From a virus: a stretch of 50,236 bases of DNA. The notes beneath the pieces were generated by a model. It saw only the letters and a list, made by a program, of their open reading frames with translations, was not told the origin of the DNA and did not search any database. How positions within the stretch are numbered: the stretch's first letter is position 1; the number at the start of each line of letters is the position of its first letter. Where the stretch lies: the UHGV virus genome UHGV-2083606, one strand, 5' to 3'. The position numbers were made by a program, and so were the translations under genes. Below, one piece after another: positions 18,045 through 26,487 of the stretch.

Positions 18045-18387
18045 CTACCTTAGTCGTTCGTTTCCAAACTATCAAAGCTAGACTATATCTTCCACTACTG
18101 TGGCATTCGCACTTCGGAATGGTGCTTATCTCCATCCCTACACTTGTTACTCTCTTCACAAACTAGTCGTTACACCTTCATATACTACTGTATATGCTTG
18201 GCACGGTATTCCCTCTATCTCACCTTCACTGGTTTAGGGTTTCTTAGTCAGATTATTCGTCTATGGTCTATGCCCTATTATCCTGTTGTAACATTTCAAT
18301 AAGGAGTCTTATTTTTCTGATACCGTTAGCATATTATAATAATACACACCATTAAGCAATGTTCACGAATGATGCCCAATTAAGTTT
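18045..18387 (-). ncRNA. group I self-splicing intron (no ORF) interrupting dnaE
   Basis: 343 nt with higher GC and many stops in all frames. The 5' splice site lies after U; the intron ends in G. Internal guide sequence GGGCA can pair with exon UGCCU, giving a U.G wobble at the splice site. R-like element UCUGACUAAG and S-like element AAGAUAUAGUCUA are present (P7 GACUA/UAGUC). The exons join in frame to give ...KKSLP|DIDLDF. Confidence 0.7.
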
Positions 18388-19581
18388 AGGCAATGACTTC
18401 TTTTCCTTTCTCATAAATCTACTAAAATCTAGGTTATATTTTATGCTGTCTACTTCTGTGATTCCTACTGCATAAGCTACAAGACAATTACAAACAGAAC
18501 CTCTTCCCTTTCCTGTTTCAATTCCATTTTCTTTCGCCCATGTTATATAATCTCTAACAATAAGAAAATAATCTGCAAAACCATGGTAATTAATTACTTC
18601 CAATTCTTCTTTACATCTTTTCCAATATTCCTTATTCCATTTGTTTCTGTTTTTCAATCCCTGTTTTGTTAATGTTTCAAGTTGTTTTGCTCCATTATCT
18701 GATATCTTAGGAAGTTCTAATTCTAAACCATCTAGTATGTTATCTTCTACTTTATTATATATTTCTTTCATGTTATCTGCAAATCGTTCTGCAAGTTCCA
18801 TTGGTCTTTTAAACTTCTTTTTATAGATGTTCGCAAATCGTTCTGTTATCTCATATTCTGTAGGCATGTACCTTTCACTGTATGTTCTTTTTACATCCAA
18901 TGTTGTTTTTCCGATTTCATGCATTTTACAATATGTATCAAAATCTTCTTTGCTTCCAAAATGTGAATCACTTGTTAGAATACATTTTATTTTCTTTCTT
19001 TTTGCCATTCCCATAAGTTCATAGTCTGTCCTTTGCTGTGTACCTTGTGCATCTATCTTATATGGCTGTATTTCAACATATAAATCTTCTCCGAATATTT
19101 CTTTGAATTTATCTAACAAACGTTCTGCTGTGCTTCTATGACCATTTAAAATAGCTTGTGACGTTGCGCTTGCTATACAAGCTGTTGTACATATAAGTCC
19201 ATCTGAATACTTTTCTAACAACTTAAAATCAACTATTGGCTTATAGTAGAATTGTTTTGTGTTTGCTTCTGTCATAATGTGACATAAATTTTTGTATCCT
19301 TGCAAATTCTTCACAAACAAATTCAAATGATAACTCTTTCTTTTTGGATTTTCTTTATTGAATTTTGGTTGGAAATATATTTCGCATCCCATAACTGGTT
19401 TTATTCCAACTTCATTACATGCTTGGTAATGTTTTATAAGTCCACTGATAGAACCATGGTTGCTTATCCCTAATGCTCTATATCCTAATTCTTTTGCATG
19501 TTTTGCTAACTGTTCTGGCTTACCGAATCCATCAAACAATGAATATTCATCGTGTCTATGTAAATCGAAAAAATTTCCCAT
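18388..19581 (-). CDS. dnaE: DNA polymerase III alpha (DnaE-type) exon 1 (PHP domain)
   Basis: FDLHRHDEYSLFDG PHP motif and ADYFLIVRDYITWAKENGIETGKGRGS. Ends ...LDFSRFMRKEKKSLP; the last 11 codons of the track ORF are intron-encoded. Confidence 0.8.
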
Positions 19582-19615
19582 TTATATCTTCCTTTCTGTT
19601 CTCTATGTTCTACTT

Positions 19616-19644
19616 AATTATAACAAAAGGGTTGATTTTGTCAA
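19616..19644 (-). promoter_or_regulatory. sigma70-type promoter (TTGACA-16/17-TATAAT-like) embedded in the terminator hairpin
   Basis: TTGACA lies in the 3' arm and loop of the hairpin, with ATAATT/TATAAT 16-17 nt downstream. Precedes dnaE exon 1 (ribosome-binding site AAAGGAAG). Confidence 0.45.
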
Positions 19645-19647
19645 CCC
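19629..19647 (-). terminator. intrinsic terminator after the SSB gene
   Basis: Perfect 7-bp stem GGGTTGA/TCAACCC with 5-nt loop, followed on the minus strand by UUUUGUUAUAAUU. Confidence 0.6.
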
Positions 19648-19670
19648 CTAACACGTAACTTTATTTTGTT

Positions 19671-20519
19671 TTACTCTTCCCAATCGTCCTCTTCTTCATC
19701 CCAATCGTCATAATCATTTTCTTCGTCCGCTTCTTCCAAAAGGTCAATGTAATATTCTTTTGACTTCTTCGGTTTACAATCAATGTCACGCTCTTTACAC
19801 AGCTTATAAAGCTCCTGTGGCTTCATGCTTTCATAGTCATTTGTTTCGTCCTCTTCTTCATCCCAGTCATCTGTTTCTTCGACTTTTGTTTTAGCTTTTG
19901 TTTTTGTTTTGTTTGATTTCTTCTTAGGTTCATCCTCTTCATCAAAATCTTCATTGTTATCAGATGGATATGCCTTATCAATGTATTTTAAGATTGCTGA
20001 ATCAGACAATGGCTTTACTTTGTTATTTCTAAATTTTGCTTTGTCTAACGGAATAACAGAATATGTTGTGTTCTGCCCTTTACCAATTCTTTTAATCTCA
20101 TAATCTCTATCAAGAAGCGTTCCATATGTTTCATATAATGAAGCAAGTGCTGGAACTGGTGAACAGTTATTAACTGCCGCCATTAACAGTTTTACTTCTT
20201 TGCTTTCGTAATCGTATACACTCCACACATACATCTTTCTTGTTCTTAAGTTTTCATCTTCGCAATACTCACAAGTTCTGCCAAATTCCTCTTGGCATGG
20301 AACGTTTACACCTAAAGCAAAACTGTCATGGAACTTGATTTCTAAACCATCTTCCATATCTGTTAAGAAATGAACTCTTGCTTTTGAATCTTCTTTGAAA
20401 AACATGAATTTTCCTTTACTTGTTCCACTCTTACTGATTTCACTTTTAATGTCTGATAACTTAATTTTTCCCATGTTGTTTCTCCTTTTATTCTTTTGAT
20501 ATGTTTGTTTTATACTCAC
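19671..20519 (-). CDS. putative T4 gp32-like single-stranded DNA-binding protein with SAP-like motif and acidic DDWEE tail
   Basis: His-x10-Cys-x7-Cys-x2-Cys (FHDSFALGVNVPCQEEFGRTCEYC) resembles the gp32 zinc site. Long acidic C-terminal tail ending DDWEE. Position between primase and polymerase. Confidence 0.5.
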   Translation of the reverse strand: MSIKQTYQKNKRRNNMGKIKLSDIKSEISKSGTSKGKFMFFKEDSKARVHFLTDMEDGLEIKFHDSFALGVNVPCQEEFGRTCEYCEDENLRTRKMYVWSVYDYESKEVKLLMAAVNNCSPVPALASLYETYGTLLDRDYEIKRIGKGQNTTYSVIPLDKAKFRNNKVKPLSDSAILKYIDKAYPSDNNEDFDEEDEPKKKSNKTKTKAKTKVEETDDWDEEEDETNDYESMKPQELYKLCKERDIDCKPKKSKEYYIDLLEEADEENDYDDWDEEEDDWEE

Positions 20520-20871
20520 CGATTTCTACCGCACAAAACTGTTTTGGATTTATGATATAACCACCGAACTCTACAACTGCATTTGCATCTTCAAGATAAC
20601 ACTTTTTAATCACAGCGTTAATTCTTTCTATTGTTTCACGCATTTTTTGTTTTGCTCTTTTTACAAGCTCTGTTAGAAGCATTTCATCAAAACTTGCTTT
20701 ATCTTCATCACGTTTAAATCCAAACATAACTTCATAATCCATACAAATCAGTTTGTATTCTTCACTCTCTTCATTATACTCTCCACCTATCTCTCTGTCA
20801 ATCGTTAATTTTTCCAATGTATCTTTGTGATACAAATTCATTTTACAAGTTACTTTATATTTCAGTACCAT
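20488..20871 (-). CDS. hypothetical protein
   Basis: ORF. Confidence 0.45.
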   Translation of the reverse strand: MVLKYKVTCKMNLYHKDTLEKLTIDREIGGEYNEESEEYKLICMDYEVMFGFKRDEDKASFDEMLLTELVKRAKQKMRETIERINAVIKKCYLEDANAVVEFGGYIINPKQFCAVEIGEYKTNISKE

Positions 20872-21817
20872 GCTTTCTGACCCTCCTAGAACGCTGTTTA
20901 GCGGCTTTTATTTCTTCCTCTGACATTTCCCCCACATCCTTTTTATCAGCTGGATAATCAAAGCGTATCACATTAAAAAACCGCTTTAAATACTCTGTTC
21001 CTTTTATTCCACATTCATCATTGTCTAATGCAGATATTACTGCTGTAATTCCTTTTTGTTTTAATTTGTTCACTTGTTCATCTGATATATGCCATCCAAG
21101 TATTGCAACAACATTTTTTATATGTCCTCTTGTTTTAAGACTTAAATAATCCATGTATCCCTCACATATATATGGAATGCAGTTCTCTTCATAAGTTCCA
21201 CATAGTGTGTCACGCTTTCTGAATCCCTCATTATACAAGTACTTTCTTTTCTTTTCAACATGCGGATTCATTGTTCTTCCTACCCATCCCATAAACTTTC
21301 CATTGTCCAATATTGGAAATATAAACGGATAAGCAACATTATAATTGTATTTACACTTTGAAACATTCAGCGCACGTTTACTGAATCCACGTTTCTTCAT
21401 GTATTCAATTATTTGTTTTTCGTCCTTACTATTTGCTTCATTCCAATCTGTTGTTTTTAATCCATAGTAATAATCTTTTGCTTCAATCAATGCTTGCTTG
21501 CTTTGTTTCTTTCTTTTTCTTTTAACCCTTATCTGTAGCTTTTCGATTTTATCACTATGCAATATTTGTTCTAACAAACAACACGCCTGTAAATCATTTA
21601 GCTCCGGGTGTGCTTTCATAACAAAATCTAACGCATTGCCTTTCGCTTCACACCCAAAACAAAAAAATGTTCCATCATCTAAACATATTCTCATTGATGG
21701 GTTTATATCATCATGGAAAGGACATATTATATTAAACTCTGTTGTTGTTATTTCTTCAACAATTCCATAATAGATTAATACTTTCGCAAGTTCCTTTCCT
21801 CCGTATGTTCTTATCAT
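20855..21817 (-). CDS. DNA primase (DnaG-like zinc-binding domain plus TOPRIM)
   Basis: CHC2 zinc finger CPFHDDINPSM...CFGCEAKGNALDFV. Toprim-like EGYMDYLSL and ISALDNDECG downstream. Confidence 0.8.
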   Translation of the reverse strand: MIRTYGGKELAKVLIYYGIVEEITTTEFNIICPFHDDINPSMRICLDDGTFFCFGCEAKGNALDFVMKAHPELNDLQACCLLEQILHSDKIEKLQIRVKRKRKKQSKQALIEAKDYYYGLKTTDWNEANSKDEKQIIEYMKKRGFSKRALNVSKCKYNYNVAYPFIFPILDNGKFMGWVGRTMNPHVEKKRKYLYNEGFRKRDTLCGTYEENCIPYICEGYMDYLSLKTRGHIKNVVAILGWHISDEQVNKLKQKGITAVISALDNDECGIKGTEYLKRFFNVIRFDYPADKKDVGEMSEEEIKAAKQRSRRVRKHGTEI

Positions 21818-21827
21818 GCATCTCGTT

Positions 21828-22364
21828 CTAGCCTTTCTGTTCTGTTATCTTAATGTATGGCTCTGATATTTCAACATCACAGCATTTTCCTAACTGTGCT
21901 TTGTCCTCTTTACTTATTTTGCCTGTTTCATACATTCTGTCTAACTTTGTTTCGTCCATACTTTCTTCAACATCAATGAACTTTTTGAACTTCTTCGCAT
22001 CTACTCCACACTGTTTCAAATACTTAATAAGTCCATCCATATCATTTACTTTATATGTTTTATTCACAACTGTTTTGTACAACTGTTTTGAAATGTTCTG
22101 TTTTAACTTTTCAAACTTCCATGTTAGCTTCTTTCTTCTAACTTTTGTTACTTTAAGCTTCACATGGTTTGTATAATAGTTCATCCCATCTTTTAACTCA
22201 ATGTCAAAAGTTTCTTCTCCTTTTGGGAGATTTGTAAACATAAAATTTGTAACTGCAAGCTGTTCTTTTTTTCTTACTTCATCATAATATTGGTCAAACT
22301 TCTTTTTCTCTTGTTGTGCTTCATATAGTCTTCTAACACTCTGTTCTATCTGTGCTGTGTTCAT
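21828..22364 (-). CDS. hypothetical protein
   Basis: ORF. Confidence 0.45.
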   Translation of the reverse strand: MNTAQIEQSVRRLYEAQQEKKKFDQYYDEVRKKEQLAVTNFMFTNLPKGEETFDIELKDGMNYYTNHVKLKVTKVRRKKLTWKFEKLKQNISKQLYKTVVNKTYKVNDMDGLIKYLKQCGVDAKKFKKFIDVEESMDETKLDRMYETGKISKEDKAQLGKCCDVEISEPYIKITEQKG

Positions 22365-23001
22365 TCTTCTGTCCTGTCCTTTCTTTGTACTCTCTTACTG
22401 CCTGTCTCTGTGCATATAATACTGAATTGATATCTTTTGGATATGTTCTGACATTTACATCACGAATGAAAATAAGTTCATCAAACGTAAGTTCCTTTTC
22501 TTCTCCTACTGGTGTCTGAACTCTTACAAGTTCCTTTCTTCTGTTTACTCCGACAACTTTTGCTGTTCCGAGCTTCTTTAAGAGTTTTCCGTGCTTTGTT
22601 TCAATAAATCTAACATAACAAATCATGCATCCAACCTGTAAAACATTGTCATAAATACGCTGTTCTTTTCTTGAGCCATATTTCATCTCGATTTCTTCAA
22701 GTGTTGCAAATTTTCTTTCTTCTGTTTCATCTTCAATTGTTTTAACCTCTTCTGTCTCGAATCCTTTTATCTCAACCCATGATTCATCATCTTCGTTGCT
22801 TGGTGCTGGCTGTTTTTCTACTTTTGTTTTACTTTTTTCTTCAACCCACGCTTCATCAAACTCATTAACTTCATTCTCATAAGCATTAAGTCTATCAATC
22901 AACTCCTGTTTTGTGAACTTGTGTCCTTTACTTTCCAATGTGAGTCCTCTGTTTCTTGACTGCTGTTTTAACTCTGCAACTTTCATTTCTTCAAATCTCA
23001 T
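22333..23001 (-). CDS. hypothetical protein with N-terminal SAP/Rho-N-like motif
   Basis: MKVAELKQQSRNRGL motif. Ribosome-binding site AAAGGAG; own promoter. Confidence 0.5.
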   Translation of the reverse strand: MRFEEMKVAELKQQSRNRGLTLESKGHKFTKQELIDRLNAYENEVNEFDEAWVEEKSKTKVEKQPAPSNEDDESWVEIKGFETEEVKTIEDETEERKFATLEEIEMKYGSRKEQRIYDNVLQVGCMICYVRFIETKHGKLLKKLGTAKVVGVNRRKELVRVQTPVGEEKELTFDELIFIRDVNVRTYPKDINSVLYAQRQAVREYKERTGQKNEHSTDRTEC

Positions 23002-23033
23002 TTGTTTTGTTCTCCTTTTCTTTTTATGTCTTA

Positions 23034-23062
23034 ATTATATCACTCTGCTTTTTCTTTGTCAA
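23034..23062 (-). promoter_or_regulatory. consensus sigma70-type promoter (TTGACA-17-TATAAT)
   Basis: Perfect hexamers and 17-nt spacer on the minus strand, about 35 nt upstream of the gene 22333..23001 start. Confidence 0.5.
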
Positions 23063-23065
23063 TAT

Positions 23066-23257
23066 TTATTTTAAAACAATTATACTAATTAATGCTATCA
23101 TATATAGCATTCCAAACAATGATAAACAAGCTATAATATCATTAAAATCCTGTTTTGTTATGCCCCATTCTTTCCAAAAGGCTCGGAACGCTCTTTTGAA
23201 TATCTTCACCTTTCTTTTTACTTTTCTCTGTAGCTTTCTGTAGTTATATGGTGTCAT
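23066..23257 (-). CDS. small hydrophobic protein
   Basis: ORF with TM-like C-terminus (FGMLYMIALISIIVL). Confidence 0.4.
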   Translation of the reverse strand: MTPYNYRKLQRKVKRKVKIFKRAFRAFWKEWGITKQDFNDIIACLSLFGMLYMIALISIIVLK

Positions 23258-23263
23258 TTTGTT

Positions 23264-23461
23264 TTATCTCCTTTCCGAAATGTCCAGCAGTTTCTTTACT
23301 GAAATCTGAAATTCCTCACTTGCTCTATGCACTTCTAACACTCCTATATCTGTCATGCATTTCAGATATCCATACAACTTGTTTTCTGCTTCCTCAAAAC
23401 TAGCCAATCCTCTTCTGTATGTTGCTAATACGATTGTTTCAAACTCTGCATATTTTACCAT
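23264..23461 (-). CDS. hypothetical small protein
   Basis: ORF with GGAGG ribosome-binding site. Confidence 0.4.
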   Translation of the reverse strand: MVKYAEFETIVLATYRRGLASFEEAENKLYGYLKCMTDIGVLEVHRASEEFQISVKKLLDISERR

Positions 23462-23503
23462 TTTGTTTCCTCCTAATTTGTTTTCTTTCTTGTTTCTAAA
23501 ACT

Positions 23504-23532
23504 ATATTAACATATGTTTCAAATACTGTCAA
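23504..23532 (-). promoter_or_regulatory. putative sigma70-type promoter (TTGACA-17-TAATAT)
   Basis: Minus-strand hexamers upstream of gene 23264..23461. Confidence 0.4.
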
Positions 23533-23535
23533 CAT

Positions 23536-23688
23536 TTATTTTAAATATTTTTTAGCAAATTCTTCGTTGCTCATTGTTTTCATATCATAAACATATTCAA
23601 TAGCATCTGCACTGCTCATTCCCAAACCATCAACAAGCTCTCTAACCATGCCTGTTAAATTATTATTTTTAATAAATTCTTTCTTCAT
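23536..23688 (-). CDS. unannotated small ORF (50 aa)
   Basis: MKKEFIKNNNLTGMVRELVDGLGMSSADAIEYVYDMKTMSNEEFAKKYLK. AAAGGAG ribosome-binding site. First ORF downstream of a consensus promoter. Below the 60-aa cutoff of the track. Confidence 0.35.
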   Translation of the reverse strand: MKKEFIKNNNLTGMVRELVDGLGMSSADAIEYVYDMKTMSNEEFAKKYLK

Positions 23689-23737
23689 CTTTGTTTTCTC
23701 CTTTTCTGTTTTGTTTGTTCTCTCTTAACTTAATTTA

Positions 23738-23766
23738 ATTATATATCAAAGGGCTGATTTTGTCAA
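23738..23766 (-). promoter_or_regulatory. consensus sigma70-type promoter (TTGACA-17-TATAAT) embedded in a terminator-like hairpin
   Basis: Perfect hexamers with 17-nt spacer. The hairpin sequence AAGGGCTGATTTTGTCAACCCCT is a near-copy of the hairpin at 19627-19649. Confidence 0.5.
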
Positions 23767-23769
23767 CCC
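23751..23769 (-). terminator. putative intrinsic terminator (one mismatch in stem)
   Basis: GGGCTGA/TCAACCC stem with one C.A mismatch, followed on the minus strand by a U-rich tract. Lies 16 nt after the stop of gene 23785..24126. Confidence 0.4.
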
Positions 23770-23784
23770 CTTAATTATATTTTT

Positions 23785-24126
23785 TTAATTAAATAAACAA
23801 TATCTTGCATAACTATAACCTTGTGTATTTACAAAAAACTTTTGTTCTGTTTTTTCGTTTACAATCATTATAACATATTGTGTGTAATCTTCTTCACATC
23901 CACAAGGAACATCTTTTAAAAAATTAAAATCTTTTAACAAATTATTTTTGAAATAAGTAAATTCTTTATCATTCATAATAAATGCCGTTGAGCAAATTGC
24001 CTTTACATTACAATATTCATTTTCATCTAATAACTGTTCTGTATATTCCTCAAGTGTATTGTTCTTATTCAAATTAGGCTCTGCTAAATTTAATTTCATC
24101 TCCGTTTTGAATGTTCTTTTCTTCAT
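23785..24126 (-). CDS. hypothetical protein
   Basis: ORF with AGGAGG ribosome-binding site. CGCEED motif. Confidence 0.5.
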   Translation of the reverse strand: MKKRTFKTEMKLNLAEPNLNKNNTLEEYTEQLLDENEYCNVKAICSTAFIMNDKEFTYFKNNLLKDFNFLKDVPCGCEEDYTQYVIMIVNEKTEQKFFVNTQGYSYARYCLFN

Positions 24127-24176
24127 TTGTTTTGTCCTCCTAGTTTGTTTTGTTTGTTTACCTTTAACTTGATTAT

Positions 24177-24204
24177 ATTATAACATACTTAAAATAAAAG
24201 TCAA
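24177..24204 (-). promoter_or_regulatory. sigma70-type promoter (TTGACT-16-TATAAT); second copy of the repeated promoter/leader element
   Basis: About 75 bp highly similar to 331-420, covering the promoter, leader and ribosome-binding site. Confidence 0.4.
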
Positions 24205-24311
24205 TAGTTTTTACAATACTTTTTATAAAATATTTTAAAATAAATAAAGCTATATAAAATATATAAATATATTAATTATATTATATATAATACATAGCTT
24301 TATGTTTTATT

Positions 24312-25046
24312 TTATTTATCTATTTTATTATGTTTTGTTTCTTTCTTCTTCCACTTATCTGTATAAGTATCATTATATTTATCCTTATACTTCTTATGGT
24401 ATTTGTCCTGCATGTTATGAATTGCTATTACATCATATCCAGTACCGTTAAGCTGTTCGCACATTCTGTTTATTTCTTTTAGCTCTTTTGTTACATCCTG
24501 TATAAGCTTTGAAATATATTCAGCATCAGCACCCATTCCATTGTTCATGCATTTCTGCCACTGTTCTTCATACAGTTCTTTTGTTTCATGTTCCCACTGT
24601 TTATACTGCTCCATTGCATTCTTCACGAATTTAGGAAGAACACTGTCGTTTACATCATCTGTTGTGTATTTACTCCAATCTCTTGGAATCATCTGTGGAA
24701 ACTGCACTTGTCTTAATGGGATTAACTTCTGATGAAGATTTATGTATTTGTGGTGTAGCTTTCTTTTGTTTGCACATTCATCCATGTACTGACATTCTAA
24801 CTTTCTTTTGAATCCTTGTAAACCAAGGAAACAGAAATAGTCTGCAAGCTGTTCATGGAAACTTAATGCTTTCTGCATGTGTTCATCAAGTTTTATATAC
24901 ACTTCTTCTGCAATGCTTTCTTGCATACGTTTGTTTCTTTGTGTTCCCATATATGGTTGCTGTTCCTGTGTATTCCATCCCTGTTCTGTGTTTGCTTTGT
25001 TTGTATTTACGTTTTCGTCATATTTCACACCATTTACTTCATACAT
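24312..25046 (-). CDS. hypothetical protein (244 aa), Lys/Tyr-rich C-terminus
   Basis: ORF; no recognisable motif. Confidence 0.5.
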   Translation of the reverse strand: MYEVNGVKYDENVNTNKANTEQGWNTQEQQPYMGTQRNKRMQESIAEEVYIKLDEHMQKALSFHEQLADYFCFLGLQGFKRKLECQYMDECANKRKLHHKYINLHQKLIPLRQVQFPQMIPRDWSKYTTDDVNDSVLPKFVKNAMEQYKQWEHETKELYEEQWQKCMNNGMGADAEYISKLIQDVTKELKEINRMCEQLNGTGYDVIAIHNMQDKYHKKYKDKYNDTYTDKWKKKETKHNKIDK

Positions 25047-25058
25047 TGTTTCGCCCTC

Positions 25059-25433
25059 CTATATTACTGGGAAATTATAGCTTGTTCCGCATAACTCACA
25101 GCTACTAACCATAAAAGTACCAACATCTGTTGCAACATTTGTGTGGTACACTTTTCTACTTCTTAACTGGTCTGCATGAACATTATTTCCACACTTTGTT
25201 CTAAGCACATATTGCGTTGTTCCTGTTCCGATTGTTATAGCTACCGTTTCTGCACTTGTTACTGTTGGAATTGCCTGTGCAATGCAAATACATACTCTTT
25301 CTTTGTTGCTATAACTTGCCTGTGGTATGTTCAAAACCAAAACACCATCTTGAACTACTACACTGTTTGTTTTAACAAAATGTACACAACCACCGCATCC
25401 ATATCCATTATTATTATATAAACTACATGCCAT
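25059..25433 (-). CDS. hypothetical Cys-rich small protein
   Basis: GYGCGGCVHF at the N-terminus; seven further Cys; Thr/Val-rich beta-like segments. Confidence 0.5.
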   Translation of the reverse strand: MACSLYNNNGYGCGGCVHFVKTNSVVVQDGVLVLNIPQASYSNKERVCICIAQAIPTVTSAETVAITIGTGTTQYVLRTKCGNNVHADQLRSRKVYHTNVATDVGTFMVSSCELCGTSYNFPVI

Positions 25434-25547
25434 TTTATATCACCCTTTCTAACCCTTTTAATTAAACGAATAGGGCGGTTTTTATGCCGCCCCTACAAAT
25501 ATATCACGCATAAGCGGAAACTCTCTTAAATCATCAAATAAACACCT

Positions 25548-26255
25548 TTAGCATCCACATGCATTATTGCAAGCTGTTCCAAAATGTGAAAACATATGTG
25601 CGCTTTCATATGGACTACAAGTCTGATATGCTGGAATTGGTGTTGGTCTTAATGTTGAAATAAGTGTTGCGTTCTGTGCCTGCTGACTCAGCTGGAAGTT
25701 TGCTGTCTGCAACTGGTCACGTAAGCTCTGAATCTCATTCTGTGTCATTAATGCTCTTGTTGCATCACCATCTGCTTTAATAGCGTTCACAATATCACAA
25801 GTGTTTCTTGCATTCTCATATCTTACAGAATCAATACTTCTCTGCGTTGTGCAACAGCAATCCGCAAGCTGTGAAGCAAGTGCATTTGTGTTCTGCATTC
25901 CCGCTACTGCTACATTATTGATTGCTTGCTGTGTTCCATTAAAACCATTCAGAAGCGAAGTATTAACTGCATAGAATCCATCACAAATTCCATTCTCCAA
26001 ACCATTCAGTTTGTTCATAACTGCTTGGTTATCAAACCCTCCCTGAATTGCACTATCTGTATATGCGCTTGCTGTACTATTCATACCATTACCACCCCAA
26101 TTTCCAAAGTTACCTCCCCATGCAAGTAGGAAGAATAAGAAGAAAATCCAGCTTCCATTACCATCGCCGAACATTCCATTGTTTTCTTTTCCGAGTGCTA
26201 ATGCATCAGCTACACTCAATCCATTTCCATCCATTCCCATAATTGTTACCTCCAT
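25548..26255 (-). CDS. hypothetical Gly/Asn-rich membrane protein with C-terminal Cys cluster
   Basis: One TM helix (WIFFLFFLLAW) flanked by GNGG/GNWGG repeats. CCC and CNNACGC motifs. Q/N-rich predicted coiled region. Confidence 0.5.
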   Translation of the reverse strand: MEVTIMGMDGNGLSVADALALGKENNGMFGDGNGSWIFFLFFLLAWGGNFGNWGGNGMNSTASAYTDSAIQGGFDNQAVMNKLNGLENGICDGFYAVNTSLLNGFNGTQQAINNVAVAGMQNTNALASQLADCCCTTQRSIDSVRYENARNTCDIVNAIKADGDATRALMTQNEIQSLRDQLQTANFQLSQQAQNATLISTLRPTPIPAYQTCSPYESAHMFSHFGTACNNACGC

Positions 26256-26289
26256 TAATAATATTTATATAAGCCGCTATATGTACACT

Positions 26290-26487
26290 TTAGCGGTTCA
26301 TACCACCCATAAATGCTTGAAACTGTTTATAAGCCTGTTCTATATCTATTCCTCTTTGCTTACATAAGTTTCTAGCTACTTGCTCAAGCTCTTGTTCCGA
26401 TTTACCTTGCGCCATTTCTTCTGCTCTTTTAAAAAGCGGATTATTCTGCATCATTTGTTTGCTCAACTTCTGAAACATAAGCCACAC
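26290..26487 (-). CDS. hypothetical small helical protein
   Basis: ORF. Confidence 0.4.
   Translation of the reverse strand: MWLMFQKLSKQMMQNNPLFKRAEEMAQGKSEQELEQVARNLCKQRGIDIEQAYKQFQAFMGGMNR

Noticed and set aside
24248-24304. Long-range inverted repeat (taaagctat ... atagcttta) downstream of gene 24312..25046 as a terminator.
   Set aside because: The loop is about 35 nt of AT-rich sequence and there is no adjacent U-tract. It more likely occurs by chance in ATATA-rich DNA.
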